Positions 1 to 10,110 of a DNA stretch of 64,000 nt are shown in pieces. The notes under the pieces are model-generated. The model did no database searches. It was not told the origin of the DNA and saw only the letters and a list, made by a program, of their open reading frames with translations. Where the stretch lies: assembly GCA_963803145.1 (NCBI GenBank), contig CAWDLW010000015.1:1-64000 (forward strand), written 5' to 3'. Each line of letters starts with the position of its first letter. Positions within the stretch are counted from its first letter, which is position 1. Source of the DNA: Methanotrichaceae archaeon (GTDB lineage: Archaea > Halobacteriota > Methanosarcinia > Methanotrichales > Methanotrichaceae). The translations under genes and the position numbers were made by a program.

Positions 1-243
1 CTCCCAAAGGTGATCGAAGTACTCCTGCAGGAGTGCGAAGAGCCGGCAACTGAGGCTGCAATAGTTATCGAGGGCAAGGTGACCAACCAGGAGATACCTG
101 AGGGCATGCGGCTGAAGGTGATTTATCCTGATCCATCAAATCCAAGCGCCGATATCTTAGAGAATGGCGGCAAATCGAAGGTAGAGGTTTCGCAAGAGGA
201 CGGAGAGAAGTATCTTGGCTGGCTGGTGGAGATGGATAATTGA
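1..243 (+). CDS. hypothetical protein, probably the C-terminal part of a gene starting before the window
   Basis: Open frame from the window edge to the stop at 243; no recognisable motif. Confidence 0.45.
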   Translation, partial: LPKVIEVLLQECEEPATEAAIVIEGKVTNQEIPEGMRLKVIYPDPSNPSADILENGGKSKVEVSQEDGEKYLGWLVEMDN

Positions 244-522
244 GAACAGCCAATTCGATTTTTATTTTAAGATGCTGCAACCCAAGCGACCTGATTGTTT
301 CCTTTTTCCTTTGTAAGGATAGACTGAGCTTTCTTAGGTTTTTCGCTATCAATGGAAGTCACAAAGGCATTATCATATTACAGAATATGATTGATGATTT
401 CTGAATTTCAGTCTCCAGCTTAAGACAATCGAAAAACGCAAGTAATCTCTCGGCCTCTGACCCTTTTGGGATATGCTCATTAGAAAAAAAGAAATGCCTG
501 AGAAAAAAGATTTCTCTATCGC

Positions 523-1308
523 CTAATATAGTCTCTCGCAATCGCTGTCCGGAGGTATGTAGCTATCAGTGGCTACCGTCTGGCCGTTGCAGTCCCATAT
601 GTATTCCTGGCCCGGGGTGTTGTCGCTAAATATATCGCTATATTGGTTCATCGTATGGCCTATTATGTTGCCCATATCGTTGGATTCCTGCAATGCCATG
701 TTGGCTTGGTTTAAGGCATAGTTAGTCGCTAACCTGTTGTTTACCATCTGTTGCTGCTGGTTCCATGTTGTAGTCTGAATCATATGCATGCAAACCGCCT
801 CGACTGCCTCCATCTCAGATATTGGAGCGATGAAATTGTACATCAATGCGATATACCATTTATTACCGTTAGAAGCTGTCTGGAAATATACTATGCCGCC
901 CTCGTTCTGGTCGGCCATGTAGGCTACAACGCCGCCTCCATTCTGCAAATCTTGGGATGATCTTTCCTGTATCCCTGTGCCGGAAGGTTGAATATAATTC
1001 TGGAAATAGTATTCGGCCATCTGCTTTCCCGACATCATCGGAGTCGATGCTGTGGAATAAACTGCCTGGATTCTAGGATCTCCGATACAGATTAGTATCG
1101 TTTTATCCGGGGATTGCGTATCGACGTAATAACTGGTAGCACCCGTCGAATCTGCAAAGCTGTTGCCCTGCGTGTACCATCCTGCAGGAACTTCCATACT
1201 AAACATTCCTTCTGGGTCAACAAATGTCGCATATTGAACATCATTTTGCGCCAGGGCCGGCATAAATAAAACCAAAGCACACAATATCAAACCGATCCTT
1301 GTTTTCAT
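523..1308 (-). CDS. secreted hypothetical protein (PsbP-like N-terminal motif possible)
   Basis: 261-aa ORF with signal peptide MKTRIGLILCALVLFMPALA, a 'TFVDPEGMFSMEVPAGW' motif and a GGAG RBS upstream. Confidence 0.65.
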   Translation of the reverse strand: MKTRIGLILCALVLFMPALAQNDVQYATFVDPEGMFSMEVPAGWYTQGNSFADSTGATSYYVDTQSPDKTILICIGDPRIQAVYSTASTPMMSGKQMAEYYFQNYIQPSGTGIQERSSQDLQNGGGVVAYMADQNEGGIVYFQTASNGNKWYIALMYNFIAPISEMEAVEAVCMHMIQTTTWNQQQQMVNNRLATNYALNQANMALQESNDMGNIIGHTMNQYSDIFSDNTPGQEYIWDCNGQTVATDSYIPPDSDCERLY

Positions 1309-1425
1309 AGGAGTCTCCTCCTTAATGATTATTATAACTAATTAATGCCGTACCTATTTAAGAGTGTATGTTTAGCTTGTCTGTGGCTGCAAACGCTTGA
1401 AAATTCAGGGATAGATATGGTAAAT

Positions 1426-1725
1426 CTACTCCTCCACAAGGCAGAACTCCATTGGCCACTCTCCGGCCTCGTTGTGACCATGCTTAAGGAGCCACTGCCC
1501 TTGCTTTTTGCGTTTGCGTGAATACGATGCATGTCCCTCCAGGCCTTCTTCGCAGCGCAGCTTGAGCATTTCATCTATCTCTGATATGTCGGTCCCGAAG
1601 ACCTCGGCCAGGATCTCCATCGCTGCCTGGAGCTCCAGGGCTTTTGGGTCGATCTTTGCTGAAGATACATTATCCCTCACCAGCATTCTCCTGGGTCTCC
1701 TTATCTGCTCAAGGACTCCTGCCAT
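1426..1725 (-). CDS. hypothetical protein
   Basis: 99-aa ATG-started ORF with plausible composition and an AT-rich upstream region. Confidence 0.55.
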   Translation of the reverse strand: MAGVLEQIRRPRRMLVRDNVSSAKIDPKALELQAAMEILAEVFGTDISEIDEMLKLRCEEGLEGHASYSRKRKKQGQWLLKHGHNEAGEWPMEFCLVEE

Positions 1726-2161
1726 AGTATGTTTATTCTACGCGTAAGAATAAGTAGTTTTGGGGTAAATAAATGACAAAACACCATATTATCATAAAAT
1801 AAAGTATGAATAACATACAAATGAAGGATAATTCTTCCAGCTGGAAGAAGGAAATTATTCAACGATCAATTGGTAGATGAGTCAGGCTGAATCAATTGGT
1901 TTGGATAATTAGGATTCATTAACAACTAAAAAGCTTCCTTTGAGGAGATTAGAACTCGCCGAGTGTGAACTGGTTCTGCAGCTCGATATCCCTTTGTCTG
2001 GATTTATGCTCGCCAGGCAGCATATCCGCTAGCTGAAAAGCTTTCTTGATGGCTGCATTATCAACCGATTAGGGGACAGCTAAAAACATACAAATAATTT
2101 AAATACTGTAATTGCCAATGATGTATGAGTCTTAAAAAATTGCGAATCAAAGGAGAGACGT

Positions 2162-4367
2162 GTGGCAGTTAAAATATGCGGGATTTCGCTGATCCTTATC
2201 TGGCTGCTCATGGGGTCAGCTTTGGCAGGCTCCTCTTTCCAGCCTGCCCAGAATGACACTGAATCGAACAACACGCTAATTAATACCTCGGCAATCGATA
2301 ATGAATCTGTTCGGGCAGAGATGCTGAAGCTGCCTCTCAGTTTCATAGAGAATCAGGGGCAAGTTTCCGGAGATGTAAGGTTCATGGTCAAGGCATCGCA
2401 CGAGACCATCTATTTTACACCTTCCAATGTGCTATTTGCATTGTCCTCGAAGAACAATACATCAATAGTCAAAATGAGCTTTGAAGGTGCAAAGCCGGGC
2501 CAATTAGCTGGTGAAGGACTACTTCCCGGCACAGCAAACTTCTTCATCGGCAATAACTCATCAAAATGGGTCACAGACATTTCTACTTACAGCACTATCA
2601 GGTACGAGAACCTTTATCCAGGAATCGATCTGGTCTTCAAAGGCACAGAAGGAAACCTGAAACATGAGCTGCAGCTGAAGCCCGGCGCGGACCCGGCTAA
2701 AATCGTTCTGACCTATAGCGGCCAGGATAACCTGAGCCTCGACAAAAATGGATCGATCCTGATCAAGACTGCAGCAGGCAACCTCACAGACTCTGCGCCC
2801 TTCTGCTACCAGGACATCAATGGGAGCAGGGCGATTATTGAGGGGAAGTATCGAAGAATTGGCGCCAAAAGTATAGGGTTTGAGATCAGCAATTACAACC
2901 AGAGCCTGCCTCTGGTGATAGATCCCCTGCTGAGATATTCTACCTATCTAGGTGGTAAGGGTAATGATTATGGCGATGGCATAGCTTTAGACAGCAGCGG
3001 TAACGCTTATATTACAGGAGACACGAATTCGACCGACTTCCCGACCAAAAATGCATACCAGGCCGCAAATGCAGGAGGACGCGACGCTTTTGTCACCAAG
3101 CTGAGTCCTGCAGGGAATGAACTGGTCTACTCCACTTATCTGGGCGGTAGCGGCGTTGACAACAGCAATGGCATAGCCATAGACAGCAGCGGTAACGCTT
3201 ATGTTTCAGGCTGGACGAATTCGACCAACTTCCCGACCAAAAATGCATACCAGCCCGCAAATGCAGGAAAAGCTCGACGCTTTTGTCGCCAAGCTGAGTC
3301 CTGAAGGGAATAGACTGGTTTACTCCACTTATCTGGGCGGTAGCGGTGACGACCTTGGCTGGGGCATAGCTGTAGACAGCAGCGGTAACGCTTATGTTAC
3401 AGGATGGACGAATTCGACCAACTTCCCGACCAAAAATGCATACCAGGCCGCAAAAGCTGGAGATTTCGACGCTTTTGTCACCAAGCTGAACTCTGCAGGG
3501 AATAAACTGGTCTACTCCACTTATCTGGGCGGTAGCGGAGACGACGAAGGCTATGGCATAGCTGTAGACAGCAGCGGTAACGCTTATGTTACAGGAGAGA
3601 CGGGTTCGACCAACTTCCCGACTAAAAATGCATACCAGGCTGCGAATGCAGGATGCTCCGACGTTTTTGTCACCAAGCTGAGCCCTGCAGGGAATAAACT
3701 GGTCTACTCCACTTATCTGGGCGGTAGCATCTGCGAAAATGACAATGGCATAGCCGTAGACAGCAGCGGTAACGCTTATGTTACAGGAGAAACACCTTCG
3801 GCCAACTTCCCGACCAAAAACCCATACCAGGACACGTTTGCAGGGTACTTCGACGTTTTTGTCACCAAGCTGAGCCCTGTAGGGAACAAACTGGTCTACT
3901 CCACTTATCTGGGTGGTAGCGGACCCGATTGGGGCACTGGCATAGCCATAGATCACGGCGGTAACGCTTACATTACAGGATGGACGAATTCGACCAACTT
4001 CCCGACCAAAAATGCATATCAGCCCGCAAATGCAGGATACTACGACGCTTTTATAGCTGTCTTCACAAAAGCGCCTCCAAATACGCCATCCGAACCTTCA
4101 GGACCTGTTTCGGGTAAGATAAGAACACTCTACAGGTATACGACATCATCCACAGATCCCGAGGGAAGCAAAATCAAATATACCTTCAACTGGGGAGACG
4201 GCACAACATTTACAACACGTCTGGTCGACTCTGGAACAGAGGCATTCGCATATCATAGATGGACCAAAGAGGGAACATTCCAGGTTAAGGCCATGGCTGC
4301 AGATAGCAAAGGTGCAACATCAGAATATTCAAGTGCATTGGTGGTTCAGATATCCAAACCGTGGTGA
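2162..4367 (+). pseudogene. secreted SBBP beta-propeller repeat protein with C-terminal PKD-like domain, split by a +1 frameshift near 3268-3274
   Basis: Signal peptide, FIENQGQ motif, repeated YSTYLGG..D.G.GIAVDSSGNAYVTG units and a YTFNWGDG PKD motif; ORFs 2162-3304 and 3201-4367 join if one base is removed. Confidence 0.85.
2936..4060 (+). repeat. six tandem ~192-bp (64-aa) intragenic repeats
   Basis: The YSTYLGG codon block recurs at 2936, 3128, 3321, 3513, 3705 and 3897 (spacing 192, 193, 192, 192, 192). Confidence 0.9.
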
Positions 4368-4609
4368 GCGCCACTTGAAATAATGGCAATAATCATAGCT
4401 AGCAACTAAATATTGTATAGTCCCAGAACAGCGACCATCATTTTTTTAGTAACGAATGTCTCATCAGGTGGTAATGCTTCATAGAACGAACCCGCAGCTT
4501 TGATTCATTAGCTAGGGGCTGATCCATCTTAGCGCGCTGTGCCTAATGTTTTGCTTTCTCCTGCACTTTGGCCAGGTTTTGAGCTTGCGTGCCCTCTGGC
4601 GCTACATCT

Positions 4610-4738
4610 TCATTGGGTTGGGCATACTCCTTGGAAGCGATCTCTTATGAGATCCAATATGACCTTCTGGGTGGACCTTCCAGTGGCCTTGATCTGCACC
4701 TCAAGATCGTCAGGAATGAAAATCTTCAGATGGCACAT
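4610..4738 (-). CDS. possible small ribbon-helix-helix-like protein (42 aa)
   Basis: Manually translated MCHLKIFIPDDLEVQIKATGRSTQKVILDLIRDRFQGVCPTQ; shows a beta-strand-PDDL-helix-helix pattern. Confidence 0.35.
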   Translation of the reverse strand: MCHLKIFIPDDLEVQIKATGRSTQKVILDLIRDRFQGVCPTQ

Positions 4739-4769
4739 GCGATATTGGTCATGCGGGATACAGATAGAA

Positions 4770-4912
4770 TACTTGCTATGGGCCCTGCCAGGAGACTTGC
4801 AGGGATCTCTAAGCGAGAGTTTTTGGATGAGTTAGGTAAGAGAAAAATCGAGAGACATTATACAGCCGAGGAGTTTGAGGAGGATTTGGGATTTGCTAAA
4901 GGTGGTCTGTAA
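4770..4912 (+). pseudogene. UPF0175-family antitoxin, C-terminal fragment
   Basis: 'ARRLAGISKREFLDELGKRKI..HY..EEFEEDL' is typical of UPF0175; the N-terminus is missing. Confidence 0.65.
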
Positions 4913-5075
4913 CTCTTCTCCCCTTATCCACCTCTCAAAAGGGCATTAATGCTGATGCTTGATGAAGGCGAAACTGCATCAATCATGCTAGCCCTGGAGC
5001 AGAAAGCAGACTTGGTTATTTTAGATGACTATGACGGAAGAGTAGTGGCTAAAGAGTATAGACTCAATTTGATTC
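4893..5075 (+). pseudogene. DUF3368-type PIN toxin remnant (internal deletion, 3' truncated)
   Basis: Fragments 'KVVCNSSPLIHLSK' and 'LDEGETASIMLALEQKADLVILDDYDGR' in different frames. Confidence 0.7.
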
Positions 5076-5096
5076 AGCATTAGGATTTGCTATTCT

Positions 5097-5207
5097 AATT
5101 CGAGAGCCTACACTTTCTTCTGGGGCTAGAAACTAGCGGTCTTCCTAGCGCCCTCAATGCCGGGCGGGCTGCCCCTAACCCCTCGCTGGGGGAAGGTTTT
5201 GGAAAAC
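5097..5207 (+). repeat. structured intergenic repeat, copy R1 (core + A arm)
   Basis: Core TTCTTCTGGGGCTA..ACTAGCGG..CTAGCGCCCTCAATGCCGGGCG followed by CCCCTAACCCCTCGCTGGGGGAAGG.TTGGAAA. Confidence 0.9.
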
Positions 5208-5336
5208 ACAAATCATAATGTGGAAGGGATAAAAACGACTATTCCATCAATCTGCTCTGCCGAAGCATATGAGGGAATTCTAGACATCTTCCGAGCCAAA
5301 TTATTCATTTCTTTCTCTATCCACAATTAAAGCCGA

Positions 5337-5669
5337 TTAAGTTTCATCGATGATCCTTAATATCCTAGCTTTGAGAGCAGGCAAATCAATGCAAACCGTA
5401 TCCCATATCTCGTCCAAATCCAGCCCAAAGTAATGATGCACTAAAACATTTCGCATTGCTGTAACATTACTCCAAGGAATCTCGCTATAGCTTTGTCTAA
5501 TGGTGGGTGAAAGTTGATTTGCGGCCTCACCTATGACTTGAATATAATAGATAATCCATACCTGAATAAGTTCTTCTTCATAAAATGCTTGTCTGCCTTT
5601 GGCCGCATACTTCTCAATCTTTTCTATGGCCTCTAGTATATCCAACAGCCTTAGTCGATCATCCCTCAA
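5337..5669 (-). CDS. HEPN/DUF86 toxin (HepT-like)
   Basis: 'IGEAAN', 'EIPW' and RNVLVHHY (Rx4H) motifs; overlaps the upstream MNT gene. Confidence 0.9.
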   Translation of the reverse strand: MRDDRLRLLDILEAIEKIEKYAAKGRQAFYEEELIQVWIIYYIQVIGEAANQLSPTIRQSYSEIPWSNVTAMRNVLVHHYFGLDLDEIWDTVCIDLPALKARILRIIDET

Positions 5670-5956
5670 ATGGCTACCGCCTCACGAAGGACGCGGTCCC
5701 TGATCCTATCTCGCAGACCACGCTCGCTAACTACGTCCACTTTAATGCCCAAAAGCTCCTCCAGCTCCTGCTCTAGAGCAGCATGGCCGAGCAAAGTAGT
5801 GCCTCTTTTAAACTCCACCAGAAGATCTACATCGCTATTGGAGTCGGCCTCGCCTCGGGCTACGGAGCCGAAGATGCGCAAGTTATAGGCACCGTGCTTG
5901 GCGGCTATCTGCAGGATCTCCTCACGCCTGGATTTTAGGAGGTCGCTCTGATACAT
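5666..5956 (-). CDS. minimal nucleotidyltransferase (MNT/MntA) antitoxin
   Basis: IFGSVARGEA..SDVDLLVEF (GSx10DxD) motif. Confidence 0.9.
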   Translation of the reverse strand: MYQSDLLKSRREEILQIAAKHGAYNLRIFGSVARGEADSNSDVDLLVEFKRGTTLLGHAALEQELEELLGIKVDVVSERGLRDRIRDRVLREAVAI

Positions 5957-6080
5957 TCGCAGTAATTTCGCCTTTTGAATAGATCAAGGCTTCGGATGTT
6001 ACGGCCCAGAGAATTTGTGCAACAATCGACTCTTAAAAAATGATCGCTATTAAAGCACACTTAGTTCCGCATTAGGAGCG

Positions 6081-6400
6081 AATTCAAGAGCTTACACTTC
6101 TTCTGGGGCTAAAACTAACGGCCTTTCTAGCGCGCTCAGTTGCCGCGCGTGCTTCAAGTGATTGCAATTTTAAGAGCGTACATTGCGGAATCATTCTAGT
6201 TTTGCGTTTGTGCTGACTAATATAATTCAAAGCCTATACTTTCTTCTGGGTTTAAAACTAGCGGTTTCCTGGCCCCCTCAATCGCCGGGCGTGCTACCCC
6301 TAACCCCTCGCTGGGGGAAGGCTCTGGAAACATTGGATATAAGTTTGATGAAGACAAGATGAACGATTCCGTTAAACATTGAAGAGGCACTTTACCGCCC
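6081..6400 (+). repeat. composite repeat: R2 (core + B arm), R3 (core + A arm) and tail
   Basis: Two cores in tandem; B arm CAAGTGATTGCAATTTTAAGAGCGTACATTGC..TTTGCGTTTG; A arm CCCCTAACCCCTCGCTGGGGGAAGG. Confidence 0.9.
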
Positions 6401-6402
6401 AT

Positions 6403-6988
6403 TTATTCGCTGGCATTTGCCGCTGCCTCACAGTATTCCAGGACCATGGTCAAAGCTGAGACCCTGCCTTCAAGCTTCTTCTTGAGGATAACTATTGATG
6501 ATGCCTTGCCAATGACCTTTATCAAGCCCTCTGAAATGGCTGTGAGCCCGAATGCGAGTATAGCTGCCTCGGGTGTAAGCTCATCCCTCATCGGTATTCT
6601 CCCATCCCGGGCGCAGACCTTCCGACCATTCGCCGTAGCGGTGCGTTCTTACTAAAAGGCTGTTCTCATAGAGGATCAGCCTGTGCTCGCTGAAAAATTC
6701 TAACCCCTTTTCAAACTGTATCCTTTCTTTTCTAGTCAGAATGACAATCTCACAGCAGTAGCATTGCTCATAGATTTCGCTTAGCAGGAGCACCAGCGAT
6801 GTGACCTTCTCCAGGATCGCTTTCAAGACTGCTGACTCTCTTTCCAGAGTATCCTTTTTCAGATCGGCAATCTTGGCGGCCGTGGGATGAAGCTCATCCA
6901 GCGCTGTGCTCAGCCCTGATAACATGCCTGTGGTTACTGAATCGGTTGCTATCAGCGCGATGTTTTCGGAGAGGTTGGGGGCGGGCAC
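6403..6988 (-). pseudogene. ORF193-family hypothetical protein, copy 1 (frameshifted)
   Basis: Paralog of 14563-15144 and 19952-20530; one extra C at ~6586 (TCATCCCTCA vs TCATCCTCA). Confidence 0.85.
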
Positions 6989-7059
6989 TTAGATCACCCC
7001 TGCTGCTTTGGCGGGAGCGCTCACATGAAATATGAACCGTAAGCATACGTCCTTCGCCC

Positions 7060-7365
7060 TCTGGGCATCCATTAGGATAACATCGTAGGGCGACGCTTTG
7101 ATGCCTGTAACACTTCACGTCCATTGGCTGCTATGTCAGCATCGTATCCAATCTTCCTGAGCATTTGCAAGGTGACCTTCTGGTCCACTAGATTATCCTC
7201 GGCCAAGGGAATACGCAAAAAGGATGGTTGGCCTAATATTAGATGCGTCTCTGGCTGTTGAGAAATTGTTTTAGAGCGATCTAGCTTTCTAGTTGTGGCC
7301 GTTGCTATGATTGAATCTTCAGCAGCCGGATTAAACGTTCGCTGTACTCCGGAAAATATTTCCAA
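7060..7365 (-). pseudogene. response-regulator receiver domain fragment
   Basis: '[35 protein letters not shown]', then frameshifted 'YDVILMD' and truncation. Confidence 0.7.
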
Positions 7366-7419
7366 TTAAATATTTTAATTAAATAGTATTTTTAGTTTAT
7401 ATGTGTTCCGGTAGTCTAC

Positions 7420-8049
7420 CTATTTCATGTTGCTCCCGTCAGGAACCACGACATTCATAAGGATTTCTTTTATAGTCCAAATATGATCAGTCAAACCTGC
7501 AGCCATAGCTGGAGATCTTTGCGTCCAGCGTTGCTGTGATTTTGCTGAATCGATTCGTAACGACTTGTTAGGCCTGGCCAAATTATAAACCCAATCTTCC
7601 CAGGCACAAGAAACCCTATGCATCTCGATCTCTTTAGAGAAAGAAATGGTCTTTCTAACAAATCGCCCATTCATCTGTCTGGATGTTAGATGAGTCCTCT
7701 CGATATAGGCAGTATGGGTGCCCATTAGATCACAGACCCCTTTCGTATCACCAAAGACAACTTTGTAGTGGATACTAACAAGATGCCCTCCAGATCGTGT
7801 TTTGATTATCTGAATGCATTTCCAATCAGGCTCAGACTTCTTTCGAGTAGGCGGTCTTCCTCTACCAGAGTATTCAGGTACTTTCCCCCAAGTCTCGAGC
7901 ATGGCCTCCGGATAACTATCATAGCCATCAGTAGCGATAGCAGGAGGTTTATCCGGATTACCACGAGCCTTCAACTGGGCCATCAATTCCATAGAGACTT
8001 CGCTTTCACTCTTCCTGATTGATCGCCCAACTCTAAGGCGAGTATCCAT
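7420..8049 (-). CDS. IS1 InsB-like DDE transposase domain
   Basis: 'IATDGYDSY', 'HTAYIERTHLTSRQ' and 'SPAMAAGLTDHIWT' motifs. Confidence 0.85.
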   Translation of the reverse strand: MDTRLRVGRSIRKSESEVSMELMAQLKARGNPDKPPAIATDGYDSYPEAMLETWGKVPEYSGRGRPPTRKKSEPDWKCIQIIKTRSGGHLVSIHYKVVFGDTKGVCDLMGTHTAYIERTHLTSRQMNGRFVRKTISFSKEIEMHRVSCAWEDWVYNLARPNKSLRIDSAKSQQRWTQRSPAMAAGLTDHIWTIKEILMNVVVPDGSNMK

Positions 8050-8051
8050 AT

Positions 8052-8561
8052 CTATCGTTGTACCGCGCCAGAAGCTACCACGATCGTTCTCTTCTGGATA
8101 GCCCCCTTTTCGCCTTTATTTCCTACGTATGACCACATAGCATCCAGTTGAACACGAGTCAGTTTATAGTTTGCAAGCATTAGAGCCTCTAGCTCTTCAA
8201 CGTGGCTAGCTGCTTCGTGAAGCCAATCCATAACTGTTTCTTCTTTAATCCCCATAACCCGATGGATGGATGCCAGACTATTGCGTTCGGCCAGCAAGGC
8301 TAAGCATTTTAGAATTGTATCCTGGCTATGATGGCGACCATAGAATACTGTACCTATGTTTTCAACGAATGTCTTCCCACAGGTCTTGCATCGATAGCGT
8401 TGTGTTCCTTTGGCGGTTCGGCCAAATTTTATGATGTTTTCATTTTTTACTTTGCAATAGTCGATACACTCTTGGTTCCAGCAAAACGTGCTTGGAGGAA
8501 CCAATTGTTCATTCATCATTGTATTCCTCCAATTATATGATTGCAGTTGATAATATAACAA
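8052..8561 (-). CDS. IS1 InsA-like zinc-finger/HTH protein (N-terminal part of transposase)
   Basis: 'FGRTAKGTQRYRCKTCGKTF' zinc ribbon; ends near 'QLDAMWSYVGNK' and a probable frameshift site. Confidence 0.8.
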   Translation of the reverse strand: MLYYQLQSYNWRNTMMNEQLVPPSTFCWNQECIDYCKVKNENIIKFGRTAKGTQRYRCKTCGKTFVENIGTVFYGRHHSQDTILKCLALLAERNSLASIHRVMGIKEETVMDWLHEAASHVEELEALMLANYKLTRVQLDAMWSYVGNKGEKGAIQKRTIVVASGAVQR

Positions 8562-8717
8562 CTTATCTAAGGTAGACTACCTGTGTTCCAAAACCCAATA
8601 AATAGATGACTATTACACCTTTTGAGGATGTCTCATAAGCGCTAGTATCTAACAGAAATAAGGCTATGCGTATCCGATAGCATCAATCCTTTGTGTTGAT
8701 TTAACACGTTTTACTGA

Positions 8718-9092
8718 GTGTTCTTAATCTGTTCAATCATTCACGCTATCTTACGCCTATGTCCATCAGAAATATTTATAGTAGAGCAATGCGAATTAAA
8801 TGCGATGAAAATGGGGGACTACAAGGTTTATTACATAACTAAAGGACCGATTCGAGGACCTTGTGAGCATAAGCATCGAACCATTGACTATGCGTATCAC
8901 TGTTTAAGGCACGATATACAAGCCGCTGAAAAAGACGGCACTTCTTCGGACAGACGAATTTATGCAGTAGATAGCGGACAAGAGAGAGAGCTAGTAGAGC
9001 ATGAGATTAACGAATTAGATTATGCTAGAAGAACGGTATTGAAGAAAAAAGTTGTCAGGCAGGAACAAAGAAAATTGAACTCTGACATATGA
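8718..9092 (+). CDS. hypothetical protein (true start probably near 8805)
   Basis: ORF with a 'GPCEHKHRT' motif; function unknown. Confidence 0.55.
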   Translation: MFLICSIIHAILRLCPSEIFIVEQCELNAMKMGDYKVYYITKGPIRGPCEHKHRTIDYAYHCLRHDIQAAEKDGTSSDRRIYAVDSGQERELVEHEINELDYARRTVLKKKVVRQEQRKLNSDI

Positions 9093-9371
9093 ATTGATAT
9101 GCCTTGGGAATAAGTGTTTCCGCTTAAAGCTAAGGCTTGCATCATTGAGTATGATAAGGAGGCTCTTGCTACAAGGGCACTTCGATCAAATGAAAGCGCG
9201 TGATGGGAGTAATCGCTCTGACGGGCGATTTTTGCAAGGATCTCCTCTATTCATCCTTTATTCCCCTGTTCTATCAGTTGTTAAATTGAATTTGTTTTTA
9301 TTGTAGATGCTAGGGGAAATTATATCAATCCAGAGAGACAGTTATCACACAGCAAGAGGAAGCAAGATTAC

Positions 9372-9572
9372 ATGTATCCAATAATAGAGCTAGTAGGAAA
9401 AGACTCCATTTGCTGGGAATATGCTGTTCGAAACGCAATAGATACAGCATCAGAAAACCTTAGGGATCTTAGGATAGCCAAAGTTAAGGAGCTGGATGTA
9501 AAGATAGTTAATGGAAAGATATCCGAATACAGGGTTAAAATCGACCTTTCCTTCAAAGACGAGAAATGGTAG
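9372..9572 (+). CDS. dodecin-family protein
   Basis: 66 aa, 'IELVG.S..WE.AVRNAI..ASE.LRDLR...YRVK..LSFK'. Confidence 0.85.
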   Translation: MYPIIELVGKDSICWEYAVRNAIDTASENLRDLRIAKVKELDVKIVNGKISEYRVKIDLSFKDEKW

Positions 9573-10110
9573 TCTGGACTAACTCTATCTAAATTCCATA
9601 ATTTGCCGTTTTGAGTTTTATCCCCAATTTTGCTGTGATACTTCTTGGCCCATTTTTCAAAACCGCCCTTAAAGGCTGAAAACAACATCATCCTAGCTTC
9701 AGGTGTTATGCTTGATCTAGGGGCGCTCACTATCGGCTTTGTCTATAGGCTTGCTATGTAAGAGGACAAATCTGATTCTTCAGGATGCTACGAGGCTAAA
9801 GAGGATCCTCAACGACCTAAACTGACCAGAGTCGATAAAGAGCACTGCTCCTATCTTCATACCACGAAGAATAGTCAAGGAATATGCGCTGAAGCTCTAT
9901 CGAGAAACTATGAAAACGACTAATGAAATAAGGATGTAGATCAAAAGGCGGCGGATGGATAACGTAGTTGAGCTTATGGGCGTTTGAAGCGCCACTGCGA
10001 ACAGGCAATAATAAGCTAGCGTAATGAGGCATTTCCCAATCCTGAAGACAGCTCAATAAGATAGCGAAGTGTGAGTATTAAATAGGATAAAAAACAATAT
10101 CTATAGACCG

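Larger units (their letters stand above)
7410..8581 (-). mobile_element. IS1-family insertion sequence
   Basis: 12-bp terminal inverted repeats GGTAGTCTACCT/AGGTAGACTACC; 8-bp target duplication TGTGTTCC at 7402-7409 and 8582-8589. Confidence 0.9.

Noticed and set aside
3093-3956. 287-aa antisense ORF and many other antisense or overlapping ORFs in the track
   Set aside because: Shadows of well-supported genes on the opposite strand or in another frame.
2936-4060. Diversity-generating retroelement
   Set aside because: No reverse transcriptase or template repeat, and the variation is not adenine-specific.
6332-6342. ATTGGATATAA resembling an archaeal dif half-site
   Set aside because: No matching second arm, and not conserved in the other repeat tails.
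6217-6402. Short ORFs through the repeats (also 11535-11723, 19736-19948, 21012-21209)
   Set aside because: Starts, stops and frames are not conserved among repeat copies; the conservation fits base pairing rather than coding.
5078-7077. CATTAGGA at ~5078, 6070 and 7070 as an att core
   Set aside because: Only 8 bp, variable spacing to the repeat, and absent before most copies; could be chance.
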